DNA of 64,000 bases from the NCBI RefSeq assembly GCF_009834535.1, contig NC_045697.1:32366001-32430000 (forward strand). Reading direction: 5' to 3'. Source of the DNA: Camelus ferus (lineage: Eukaryota). A program made the translations under genes and the position numbers. Within the stretch, counting starts at the first letter, position 1. Each line of letters opens with the position of its first letter. The notes beneath the pieces are model-generated. The model did not search any database and was not told the DNA's origin. It saw nothing but the letters and a program-made list of their open reading frames with translations. Shown one piece after another: positions 37,203-48,235 of the stretch.

Positions 37203-38739
37203 ATCTTTCCATTGCCATGAGCTTGAAAACCTTGAAGGAGGACCTTCTTCATGCATAACATTTCCTCAGGGCAACACAGGCAAATGCCCAGTTTCTCTAA
37301 AACTGTCTAGAAAAGTTCAAATAGAAATTCAAGTCAGATGAATCTGAGAAAAGTACAAGTTGGTGAATCTAACTTTTGAATCTATGTCAAATGATTGAAA
37401 GAGAACGTCTCCAGGTGTCTGTTTCCAGAAACGATGCCATATTGTCCCCTTACCTCCCTTCCCTACTCCAGTTATGTGCTGCCCTGCAATGAACATAAAA
37501 TTTATCTTTCTTTTAAAATATATTCCCTATATTTGAGGATGGAGTAGGGCAAAATTAAAGTGAAAACAACTTACTCTAATCCCCTAATGTTGGTCACAGC
37601 CCTAATTCTGTCCACATCAAAAGAGGAAATACGCTTATGAATAAAAGACTTGGTGGTGGTACTGACTGATTCCTTCAGTATCTTTTTTGTGTGATGAAGG
37701 TGGGATTTCTAAATCTGCAATTGGGTTGTTTCTTGCTGTGAGTGCTAGGCTAGCCTTCCTGACTAGAGAGACGCACAGCCCAGAAGCAAGGGACCAAACA
37801 GCTCACAACCCCACGTGTAAGTGCAGTGGGAGGCTGGCATCCTCAGCTGCCTGTAATTTGCTAACCCCTGATTTTCCATTCTCTGCTTAAGCCACGTGGT
37901 TTTCCCCCTGGATTTTGGAGATTTTCTGTGTTGTTGTCACTGTTGCCTGCCCTAGCTTTGAAACCCCTGAAGAGAACAAGAACCTTTGGCTCGCAGAATT
38001 TTAGGAAATCTTACCTTCAAATGCTTGCTGATGTCATGGGAATGTTAACTGCCATCTCACTTACTTGCAGTGGTAATTTACATAAATTAAATCCCTACCC
38101 ACTTTGCACAACAACTGCTCTTTGAGTTCCCTCCAAACACCATATCAACCCCAGTAGGCATAGGAGTATGATGGAAGACAAGAGGAACCGGCCTGCAAAT
38201 GCAGCCTTCCTTTTCCACTCCACCACCTTGCCTGTCATTTGGAGATGTGTGTCCTCGGTGGGTCTCATTTAAATTTTCCTTTCTTTGTTTTTGACTCATG
38301 ACAAGTTATGACTTCAGTGTCAGTCTGTTAATGCTAAAAAACCTCACAGATAGTTCTAGTTGCTTCTAGACTTAGGTCTTCCCCAATATCAGGCTATGTC
38401 TTTATTCCTTATAGCCAAAGTATCACATACACAACCAAAAGAAATAGGGACTGTCTGTACATAATGAAATTTATGAGGGAGCAAGGACAAGTACTTATAC
38501 ACTAGAACAAAGAGAGAAGTTCGGGCTGTGGCTGTGGCTGGTTTTTAGACATTAGCAGTCCGCTTAGCTCTGTAGCTCTGTTGCCTTGGTTGGTACTTAC
38601 TTTATTGTGCTTCAAGCTTGTTTGGGTGTCCCTTGTCAGAAATGTACTCTAGTCTTTGTTCATTGCTACTGCCACTCTTAGAGCTCACTAACCATCCATT
38701 CATGTAACTGGAGAAAGATACTTCGGTAAAAGCTTCCAC

Positions 38740-39150
38740 AAAATTCACTCAAGTCCACATTCTTCTCTTTGCTTCTCCTCGGGGACACAGCTAGATAATA
38801 TTTCCCAATCTCATGTACCATCCGGTGTGGCCATGCGATGGCTTCGAGCTAAAAGATGATGAGTAGAAGAGATGTGAGCAATTCCAGCTCAAGCCTTTTA
38901 TTTCAGATTGTGCCTTGTCTTCACTCTTTCCCCTTCACTGACTAAATGCAAATGATGATGGGGCCCGAGGGGATGATGGAACTAAATTCAAGGAGCCTGG
39001 ATCCTTGAACCACTTAGTGAAAAGAATCCAGTGCTGTCCAGGAACACCTCTTTGGATTGTTAATGTGAGCAAAAATTAAACTTCCATCATGACTGAGTCA
39101 CTGTATATTTTGGAGACTTTTTGTCACAGCAGTTAGCTTCCTCTAATACA
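38740..39150 (+). mobile_element. ERVL-MaLR solo LTR (MLT1J-like)
   Basis: 'cacagctagataatatttcccaatctc...ggtgtggccatg...aggagcctggatccttga...gtgagcaaaaattaaacttcc...ttgtcacagcagttagc...taataca'. Confidence 0.75.
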
Positions 39151-40019
39151 GATCAACTTGGACAATTGTATTAATTGGACATTCTCATTAAACACTGAAA
39201 TAAAAGGGTAAAACTCCTCATGTTGTAAATGTAATAGGAGTATTGTTGCAACCATGAAAAAGCCGTAGGTGAAAGATTTCTGAATTGGTTTAAATGCTGA
39301 AGAAAGAAACGTAAATTCCTAGTGCCAGATAGAGTTACTAAGCAAATGTGTATTTTTTAATTTGCTAAAAGTCTCAGCTCTCCCCAGGTCCTACTTTCTA
39401 ATCTAATCCTGAGTATGGGACTCTGAGGCTATAACCATCCCTGCAGACCTATTTTTTGACTTGGCCCATCTGTCCCTGCAAGTTTGTTTTTGATTTCTGG
39501 GACTTTGATGAGTGAGGAAGGCACTTTTCTACTGAGTTCCGTTAGGTGCTTTGTAGGTTTCGGCCCATCTTGTATGATGCTTTCTTTGCTGCTCTTTAAT
39601 ACTTCTTTACCTCTGGTCTCATAAATATCTTGTGCACAGTTGACTTTGAGCGATTTAATCATCGCTGCTAATTTTATTCAATAACTGATTCTAAAGGTGA
39701 TTCTCATTTTGGTTGAGCTAGCATTTTTCACTCAGAGCCCTCATCGAGCGCTCTAGGACATGGTTTCTGTAGGGGTCACGTGGTCTCAAAGATACGTGTT
39801 TACTTTACACGGACTCTTCAAGTCTGTGTCAGATAGCTTCCTACTGCTTTAAAGCTAGGACTCCCGTTGCTGAGTGGTGCCGCTAGTGCTTAGGTCTTCT
39901 GCAAAGTGGACACAATCAACATGACTGAGCTTCATTAATGAGAGACTTTTGAGGTAGTTGCCCATACACTTATCCAAGTTCTGTTTAATGTTGAATCGTG
40001 TTGTGAGTGTCCGAGAGGG

Positions 40020-40240
40020 ATGGCCAGAAACAGAAAGGAGCCCAGACTAAAATCTAGGCAACTTGGGCTTAATTCAGTCTCACTACCTACCAAGTATATT
40101 CCTAATATTTTATCTCTTCTAAAAATTGGGAATAATAATACTTCTTACTGCAAGTTACACAAAAACTTAACTTGGGTTGCCTCAAGAACTAAATAAAATC
40201 GTGAACGTGGAAGCACTTAACAAATGTTATACAAATAAAT
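40020..40240 (+). mobile_element. MIR SINE
   Basis: 'atctcttctaaaaattgggaataataatacttc...gggttgcctcaagaactaaataaaatcgtgaacgtggaagcactta'. Confidence 0.6.
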
Positions 40241-41589
40241 TGTTTATATAGTAAGTACAGGTCTAATGTTTCTAAAGTTCCTTGAGAGTATCCTTAGAGT
40301 ATGCACTATTCTAAAGATACGATAATGATGGATAAAAAATTCACAAAATGTAAAAGCAAGTTCAGTCTCTTGTATATTGCGGAGTCTTTTTCTCTCTTTA
40401 CATAATCAGATAATTGCTTTGGCTTTTCTTCTTCACATATGCTCTAAATAAAGACATAAAATAAAGGACATCAAGTAGATGAGGAACACTGTGATGAATC
40501 CTGGGAGCCCAGTGAATTTCAGCAGTAGAAAGGCAATCCCGGAGGTCTGCTGACCCCAGACCCATCTGTTGGCCTGTTTCACAGCCTCCTGGTGTACGGA
40601 GTATTGCTTTGGAGGGGTAACTTTGTGGTTGAGCAGCAAGGCCTCCTGTCTCAGGCTATGAGCTGAGACTTTTAGGCGATGACCACCACAACCAAGAGAA
40701 TAGGCGGATGCTGTCTATGAACCCAGTCTTGCAGGACCCATGAATAAATTACATACTGAAAGCTTTCTGTGAATTGAATTTTCCAAAGACCTTTCTTCAC
40801 TTTCTGCTCCATTTCTCTTTGCTGCTGCTTTTTCTTTTACTGTCCCCCTGCCTTAGCAATGCTGAGGGCTTTTGTCTGTGATGCATTTGATTAAAAACAA
40901 GTAACACATGGGCTCTTTAAATGAGGCAAAAATGAGATACTCTATTTTCCGTAAAGAACAAATAAATTCTTAACACCATCCTGTGTTATATCATGTAGGT
41001 TCACTACTGTACACCAATTACTTAACTTGGGCCCATAGCAGAGTTCCTGACACAGAGAAAGCATTTAATGTGATTTTGAATAAATGATTGATGCAATATG
41101 CAGTATTCAGAATTATTGTTTGCCTTTTTCTGTATACATCCAAAAGTGATAAAGCAAATTGTCATATCTTCTAAATTTTTCTTCAGATAAAAGACCTATG
41201 CTTCTGTTATCTAGATACTTTTATAAAGATACTCATTGAAAAATATGTCCATTCTCTGGAGGATGAAATAGATTTTCTTTTAGCATATGTAGTGTACCTC
41301 CAGTAATCAATTAAAAATTGACCTGCTTATTTGAGAAGATAAATATATGCCTAAAGCCTTAATCTTAAATAAAATGGAGGTTTATTGAAAATAAATTAAA
41401 GGGTAGCTATTTTGGTGGTCTAACAGTCTTCTGTCTGCAAAATGGACATTTAAAGAAACTATTTGTCATACAGAAGGTGGTTCTTTTATTCTGTGATTTT
41501 TTGGAAACAATTCCTAAGATTGTTTCATTTTCTACATTTCATTGTGGAGATGGTCTTTTGGACTTCCTCTGTGGAAGAATTTAATACCA

Positions 41590-41955
41590 TATCTTAGCTC
41601 AGACTACTGAAACAAAACGTTTGACTGAGTAACTTAACAGAAATTTATTTCTCACTGTTACAGAGGCTGGGAAGTCTGAGATCAGGTTGCCTGCTGACTT
41701 GGTTCCTGTCCAGGGCCCTTTTCCTGGTTTGCAACAGCTACCCTCTTGCTGTATCTTTGCATGGTGGGCAGAAAAAAGAGGGCAGTTAGGGTGTCAGGTG
41801 TCTCTTTTATAAGGGCACTAATTCCATCATGAAGGTTCCACCCTCATCTAAGCCTAATTATCTCCTATAGGCCCTACCTCCTAACACCATCACATGGGGT
41901 ATTAGGGTTTCAAGATATGAATTTGGGAGATGGACAATACATTCAGTCCATAGCA
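41590..41955 (-). mobile_element. MLT1A-like solo LTR, complete, with 5-bp TSD
   Basis: 'aacagaaatttatttctcac...gaggctgggaagtctgagatcagg...ttataagggcactaattccat...cattcagtccatagca'; TSD TACCA (41585-41589) and TATCA (41956-41960). Confidence 0.9.
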
Positions 41956-43489
41956 TATCAGTAGCACTAAAGTGATAACTTAACTGAAGGAGAAACGGCC
42001 ACATCATAGTTACTGTGCTCAGAAATAACAAAGCAAGTTTCAGAAGAGCTTCTGAGAGTTGTTCCTTAAGAAACATGATCAAGATTATTTAGTAATTTAC
42101 ACTAAAGAATCAGGCATAACGTAAACACTTCTCAAATTTTACAATGTAAAGTCAACACAAAAAAGATATCAGTGTAATTATCAGTGATGGTCCTTGAATT
42201 AAGCAAATAAAAAAGAAAAATGAGTAACACTGCTTCACTAACTGTATTTACTTTTACTACTTTCTATTTATGGCTAATGATACTGGTTTTTCATTTAAGG
42301 TATTAATTTAACAATTCCTTTTCAAAGCTCAACTTATACTAAGTCATTTGATTTAAAACATATTAAATAAGTTATTAGATATGACAAAATCCTAAAGTCA
42401 GTATGTTAGAAAATTAAGTAGAATACTAGATTATCATAATTAAGTGTTCTTTCTGTAAACACCCCTATCAATATCTTTTGTGACCTTTTGCAACAGTCAA
42501 CAATTCTTACAATAGCTCTCATTTACTTAAGGTTTTATTTGTTGCACTTTGAGCTAATTTCATCTTTCAGTTTTCCATCATGGTTACCACTACCCCCTGT
42601 TACACACACTGAGCCATGTTACTTTCTATTGGAATTATGGAAAGATATGTACAACCAACTCTACAACTTAGTTGGGTTGGTAAGACATGTCTGCAAGAGA
42701 GGGCAATTACCATGAGGTGCCCTTTACCCAGCTCCAGAATACTAGGAAGATAATAATCTTAGTGTCCACGTGCAAGATGTGCATTCAGTTGTCTTTAGCA
42801 ATTATGTAAAGTTTATGAGATGATAATCATCAAGTGCATATAATCTTCTAAATGTGTTTCCTTTGGCCTGAAATTCTAACTTTTGAAATCATTTATAAAA
42901 AGCATATCATTTTATGTGAATTTTAGTCTTACAAGAAATAGTAGTTAAGTAGTTAAAACAATGGTTCATATTAGTTTCTCTAAGAGGGATGGGTGGTGAT
43001 CCAGATACAGAAAGTAAAAGAGAATGAATGTTGAAAGAGGAAATGACAAGCTTGCAGGAGAAAAGCACGCTTTGTACCCCTCCCCCACCTTTTTTTTTGG
43101 TAATTCAGTGGCATCCCTCCCTTTCTTCCAAATTGCGTCTTTCCCAGGAGGCATCTTCTAGTTTCTGAGAAGACGGTTTGAAGAAATTTATTTTAATTTT
43201 ACTTTAAAAAAAGAATGTCACATACTTCTTTAAGAGAGAAGTCTTCACCGGTTAGTTCAAGTTCATAATAAACTGGGCAACATTGGGGTGGATTCTGTGC
43301 CTGAATAGATCACATCATCTAACTGCTCACTTGTACTTCATGAGGCCAGAGATGCCTGAGTGGGTCTAGGAACTCAGAAGGAATCTTTCTCTTCTTCCTT
43401 CTCCTATAAGTGTAAATAATCAATCAGGTGGGACTAGGACCTGATGTGTAGTGATGAAGATATCAGGATGGTCATGATGATAATATAAT

Positions 43490-43700
43490 GATCATTATTA
43501 CAATATTAATATTTATTGAGTGCTTACTGTTTATTATTCATTATTTGAAGCATTTTGCATTAATATGTTCATTACAACTCTAGTGTAAAGTAGATAAGAT
43601 TATTTTTCCCATTTTACAGATGAGAAAATAGAGGCACAGAGAAAGTGACTTGTTCCAGAAGATGGCATTGCTGAGATTGAATCTAGCCACCTTGCTTGTT
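43490..43700 (-). mobile_element. MIR SINE
   Basis: 'atatttattgagtgcttactgt...cccattttacagatgagaaaatagaggcacagaga...gtgacttg'. Confidence 0.85.
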
Positions 43701-44478
43701 TATTCCTGACTTCTTTCCTCCATGCAACTGTTAGGAATGTGCCAAGATCTCAAGATTTGAATTTGAGAAAGGAAGAAATGTGAAAGTGATGGAGAGAGTA
43801 GAAGTCTGTTTAGATCCCAAGATTAAAATATGTGTTTGGACTCAGCTTTTAACAGAATGCTACAATAATGGTATTGGGTGACATTAGATTCTCATTTTCC
43901 TGCCGTTCCTTACATAAAACACTTTCTGAAGGTTTATGGGTAGAATTTTGGGGTGCGGTGGTTTAACTGACAAGAGCAATGGTTGGTCATTTCTTTCTTC
44001 ACTGTCAAGTAACTTCACCCAATACCCATCATTATTGCTAATTTAAATAGTATTAATTACAACTTTATAGTATGCAACTAGTCTAAATTGACTTTTTTAT
44101 AGTTTCCATTTATTAAAAGTAACACAAGCAAAGTTTATCTTCTTTGCTACAACCTTCAAATATTTGAAAAGTCAGTGTGGTGGAGTGACCAAAGCAGAGT
44201 GACTGCTTGATTTGTACTTTCCCAGTTCATTGTCCTCTTTACTGTTTTGTTAAGATGCATGTCCCATTCAGCCTAAGCCTAAGAAATAGTCATTTCAGAG
44301 CAGATAATGAGGATGCTTCAAGAAAACTATTTTCATGGAGGAACTTTTCAGAAGATACTTCTTCCTTCAAAGAATTAGATAAGCTTGACCATATAACACG
44401 TTTTGAGGGTTCAGAGCTGAGTCTGTTCACGTGATGATGTTTATTTATCAAATGTGCTCCCTGTCCAGCCACTAGGAT

Positions 44479-44543
44479 CTTAATTATGAACTAATTAAGA
44501 ATTATATATATTAATTATTAACTAATTATATAACTAATTAATT
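44479..44543. repeat. AT-rich low-complexity quasi-palindromic tract
   Basis: Repeated taatta/aactaatta units. Confidence 0.7.
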
Positions 44544-45569
44544 GGGGAGCAGAGGGAGAGGAGTTGGGAAGGTAAGAGAGAAAAGGAAGAAATCAACCAA
44601 GAGATGTAGAAACTGATGGAGATATTTTGCCTCAAGAGTCCTTAAGATTGAGAGACTCAAAATCAGTATTTCCTAGATGTTGTTAAAGGAAACATAATTT
44701 TTTTTCCTATTCAACATACCACCTGGGTTTGAAACCCTAACATTGAGTAAAGTTGAACGTTTGTTTGTTATTGCCTGTTTTCCAGAGTGTGCAGCTACAG
44801 CATAAGTAGCACTGAGAGTACTTGGGAAAAAAGGAAGCTGTACTTAAGTAGATATGAAGTGTCTTCATCTAGTTTGGGAGACAGTTGGGGCCTCAGTAAC
44901 TAACAGTATTAAAAAGGGCCAGACTAGAAGAAATAATGCTTGGATGCCCTGTGGTTGCTAATTGACATGGTTGTGATATCCAGGAAATATACTGCAGGAT
45001 GAATGGAGATGATTTTTGGCAGCAAATGTCTTGCTTAAAGCAGGAAATTCTGCAATAGCAGGTGGGCAGTGAAGGAGCAGAGCCAGAAAATCTATTTTTC
45101 TACATTTGACTCTTCTTCAAATCCTGGTCTTGCCTGGACGCCTGGCAGAGGGTTACAGATGTCTAGAAATTATTTCTAAACTCTCATTGAATTAAATGAG
45201 CCTTCATTTACTTGTTAGTAAATGAGAGAAATATTAGATAACACATATTGCATGTTTAATTAAGGAATCATTTATGAGCACACTATACAGTACTGTGCTG
45301 GGTAGGTGCCTTGGACAGTTGGAAAGATGCAATGCTTTGAGGGGAAAATGGCATGCAAACATGAAAGTTTTACATATGTGCAGCAGTTTACTGCTTGGAA
45401 AAATAAATATTTAGGACACATATTCCCAGAGAAGGAAAAAGTAAAAGTGATTTGGGGTGTGTTATAAAAATGGCATTAGGGACAGAGCACTGGATGAAGA
45501 ACTTAAAAGATAAGTAGGATTTGGATCAGAAGAGAAAAAAATTATAGCCCAGGTGAATCTAAGCCCCAT

Positions 45570-45690
45570 TCACTTTAGAATCTTAAGCTCCACAAAGGCA
45601 TTTTTTTCCTTCCCTGCTGCATGCTCAGAACCCAGAACTGTGCCTGGCACATAACAGATATTCAGTAAATGTTAAATGAATGAATGCTGA
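45570..45690 (+). mobile_element. L2 3' terminus
   Basis: 'tagaatcttaagctccacaaaggca...cccagaactgtgcctggcacataacagatattcagtaaatgttaaatgaatgaatg'. Confidence 0.85.
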
Positions 45691-46664
45691 GTTGTCAAAA
45701 CACTTTAAAACTATTGTATTCCTTTTCTGATGACATTTGATGGGATCTAATTAAAGAGAAGTTTTTCCTCCTTGGACTTGAATTTGGCAGTGAATACGGC
45801 TAAGGTTGACCAATTTCTGTCTCACATCTATTAAACCTTTCATGGGGTTTTACTCAAAGGCACTTATTAATGAGCAGCTGCCCAGGGCAGTGATAATGAC
45901 GAGGATAATACATGGCCCTTACGCAGTCTCCCTTATCCATGGAAACCTAAGTGCTTTACCAACAGTAATTATAGCTCTTATGGGAGGTCGGAAAATATAA
46001 TTAATGCCATTTACAGATAAAAATAGAAATAGAGATATTAAGCAACCAGCTTAGAGAGATGTATTAATTCAGCCATTTATTTTCAAAATGTCAGCCTTTA
46101 AATCTTAAAGCTGAAGACAATGAATTACCAATATCTGTTAATTCTTCAAGCCATAAATTTGATCATCTCTCTTTTAGGGATGGTAATAAGATGACAGAAA
46201 AGAAGGTACAATTTGAAATTTGTCAGTTAATGCACTCTTTGAAACCTAATTCAAATTCTTGTACAAATTGATGGGTGTTAATAGGGTAAGGAAAGTGTAC
46301 ATCTCTTGGAAGTCGTCTACATAAGTTTCCTTGGCTCGAATAAATTTAGGCAAGTAATAATTCTGCAGTTCTCAAGTCAAAATTATTATCACATGTTTGG
46401 TTCCCTGTTCTCAAGTCTCTTCTGCTTTTTTCTCCTCACTTATAAAAATGGCCCTACCCCAGACACTAAGATGGAGGTTGTGTCTGTTAAGTGGATCTAA
46501 AGAACGTTTGAGTTACACTGATTCACCATCAAGATAAGCTTATTTTGAGTTTGATTTGATCTTGTTTTCTACTTATAGTGATGAAAGCTCTCCATTAAAG
46601 TGTGTGTGTGTGTGTTGCGGGAACACCATGCATTTTTTTCCCTCTTCTTTTGTTAGTAGAACAC

Positions 46665-46830
46665 TTGAGTCAGGATATTTCTGATGCAGGTGACAGAAAA
46701 CTACCCCCAACTGGATATAAGCAAAGAAGTTTATTGGTTCTATTAATTAGTTCAGTGGTGGAACTGGCTTCAGTTATGGTCTCCTTGAGCTCAAAAAATG
46801 TCATCAAATTCTAGTTTTTTCTCTTCTCTT
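46665..46830 (-). mobile_element. MaLR LTR fragment (MLT1K/J-like)
   Basis: 'gagtcagga...tgcaggtgacagaaaactacccccaactgg...aagaagtttattggttc'. Confidence 0.5.
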
Positions 46831-46959
46831 GCTCAACTCTTACCAGTGTATTGGCTTTACATTTCTTGTCCAAGGCGTATTATCCAATGCATTAAGTTGG
46901 AAAAATTAGGGCCCACCCTTGATGAGGGATTGGAATCTATCTTCACTCAAACCATATCT

Positions 46960-47445
46960 CTGGTTGTAATATTGCAATACTTGCTCCTAACTTTTAGGGA
47001 GCTGATCCTTCGCCCAGTGCAACCGTATAATTTGTCACACAGCTGCCAGTCACAGTACTCCACGGTAGCTGTGCATCCATCCCTCCACCCCCAGGGTTTG
47101 ACATATGACACAGAGGGTTGATCATAGGGCTGATCCCGCATCTAAAGTGATTGACTGGTCCCCTGAGTGACCAATGCCAGTTAAATCAATGCCTGTCCCT
47201 GACATCTGATCTTACATGAGGCAGATACTCAGAAATAAGCTAAGGGCTTCATAAGGGTTTGAGAATTGTATTTATAGACCTGTCTGCTTGCTTTTAGGCT
47301 CGGAGATTACCAGAACTTCCCTGGTTTCTGCAGCCTCCCTGTTAAGTCTGTGATTTACCCCAGTATCCCTACAAAACCCTTTTTTGTTGTTGCTTGTTTA
47401 AATCAAGTCTTGTTAGGCTTCTATTACTAACAGTAAAAAACGTCC
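46960..47445 (+). mobile_element. ERVL-class LTR remnant
   Basis: 'ctaaagtgattgactgg' and 'ccccagtatccctacaaaacccttttttg...tgcttgtttaaatcaagtc...cttctattact' resemble an LTR16/LTR33-type 3' end. Confidence 0.4.
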
Positions 47446-47564
47446 TTGGTAACACTCTTTTGTTCTTGAGACTTTAGTTTCTTCCTACTTCCAGTAAGTG
47501 GGCCCTTATCTTACTTTCCTGTGTCTGAGTACCTGGTTTGAAAAATTGCCTGGTTAAAAAGACC

Positions 47565-48235
47565 TTTTTTATTTTTACTGTGACATACTTTTAGACTTAC
47601 AAAAAATTTTGTGTAATAGTACAGAAGATTTCTTTCTACCCAGATCACCCAAATACTAACGTCTTATGTGTCTTCATCTTTTCCTTTCTATACTATGTAA
47701 ACATGATTTGTATAAATTGAGACTAAGCTGAAAACTTGATGCCTCTTGACCCATAAATCTTCAGTGTCTTCTTCCTAAAAAAGCAGGTGTACCATTTTGC
47801 TTAATTGCCATCATCAGGAAATTATTGAAGACAAATAATAGTATGCAACCTATAGTTTTTATTCAGATATTGCCAATTGCTGCAATTATGGTATTTATAG
47901 CAAAAAAAAAAAAAAAAAAAAAACCCTGGATCTTACATTGCTTCCAGTAGTCATTGTCTTTGGTCTCCATTAATCTCATACAGCCTTTAGTTTTGCTTCC
48001 CACCCCCACCCCCAACGTTGGCATTGTTGAGAGACAGGCCAGTTATTTTGTGCTGTGATGTACGATGCTGGTTTGTCTCAGTGCTGGTGACATGCACCTT
48101 GATCACTTGGTGAAGGTGGCATCTACTAGTGTCTTCACAACGTGGTTTGTCAGTTTTTTCCTTTGTAATGGATGCATATGTTGTGGGAGGTACTTCGACC
48201 AACATTATTTCACTCCTTGTACTTTCACCCATTTT
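47565..48235 (-). mobile_element. L1MC/L1MD-like 3'UTR fragment containing A22 (47902-47923)
   Basis: 'ttttagacttacaaaaaatt...aatagtacagaag' and 'ccttgatcacttggtgaaggtggcatctactag...tttttcctttgtaat...tgtgggaggtactt'. Confidence 0.75.

Noticed and set aside
44290..44434. Protein-looking stretch ADNEDASRKLFSWRNFSEDTSSFKELDKLDHITRF
   Set aside because: No recognisable homologue and no convincing donor site.
45286..45297. TACAGTACTGTG, matching the first 12 nt of miR-101
   Set aside because: The match ends after 12 nt, there is no precursor hairpin, and the context is L2-like.
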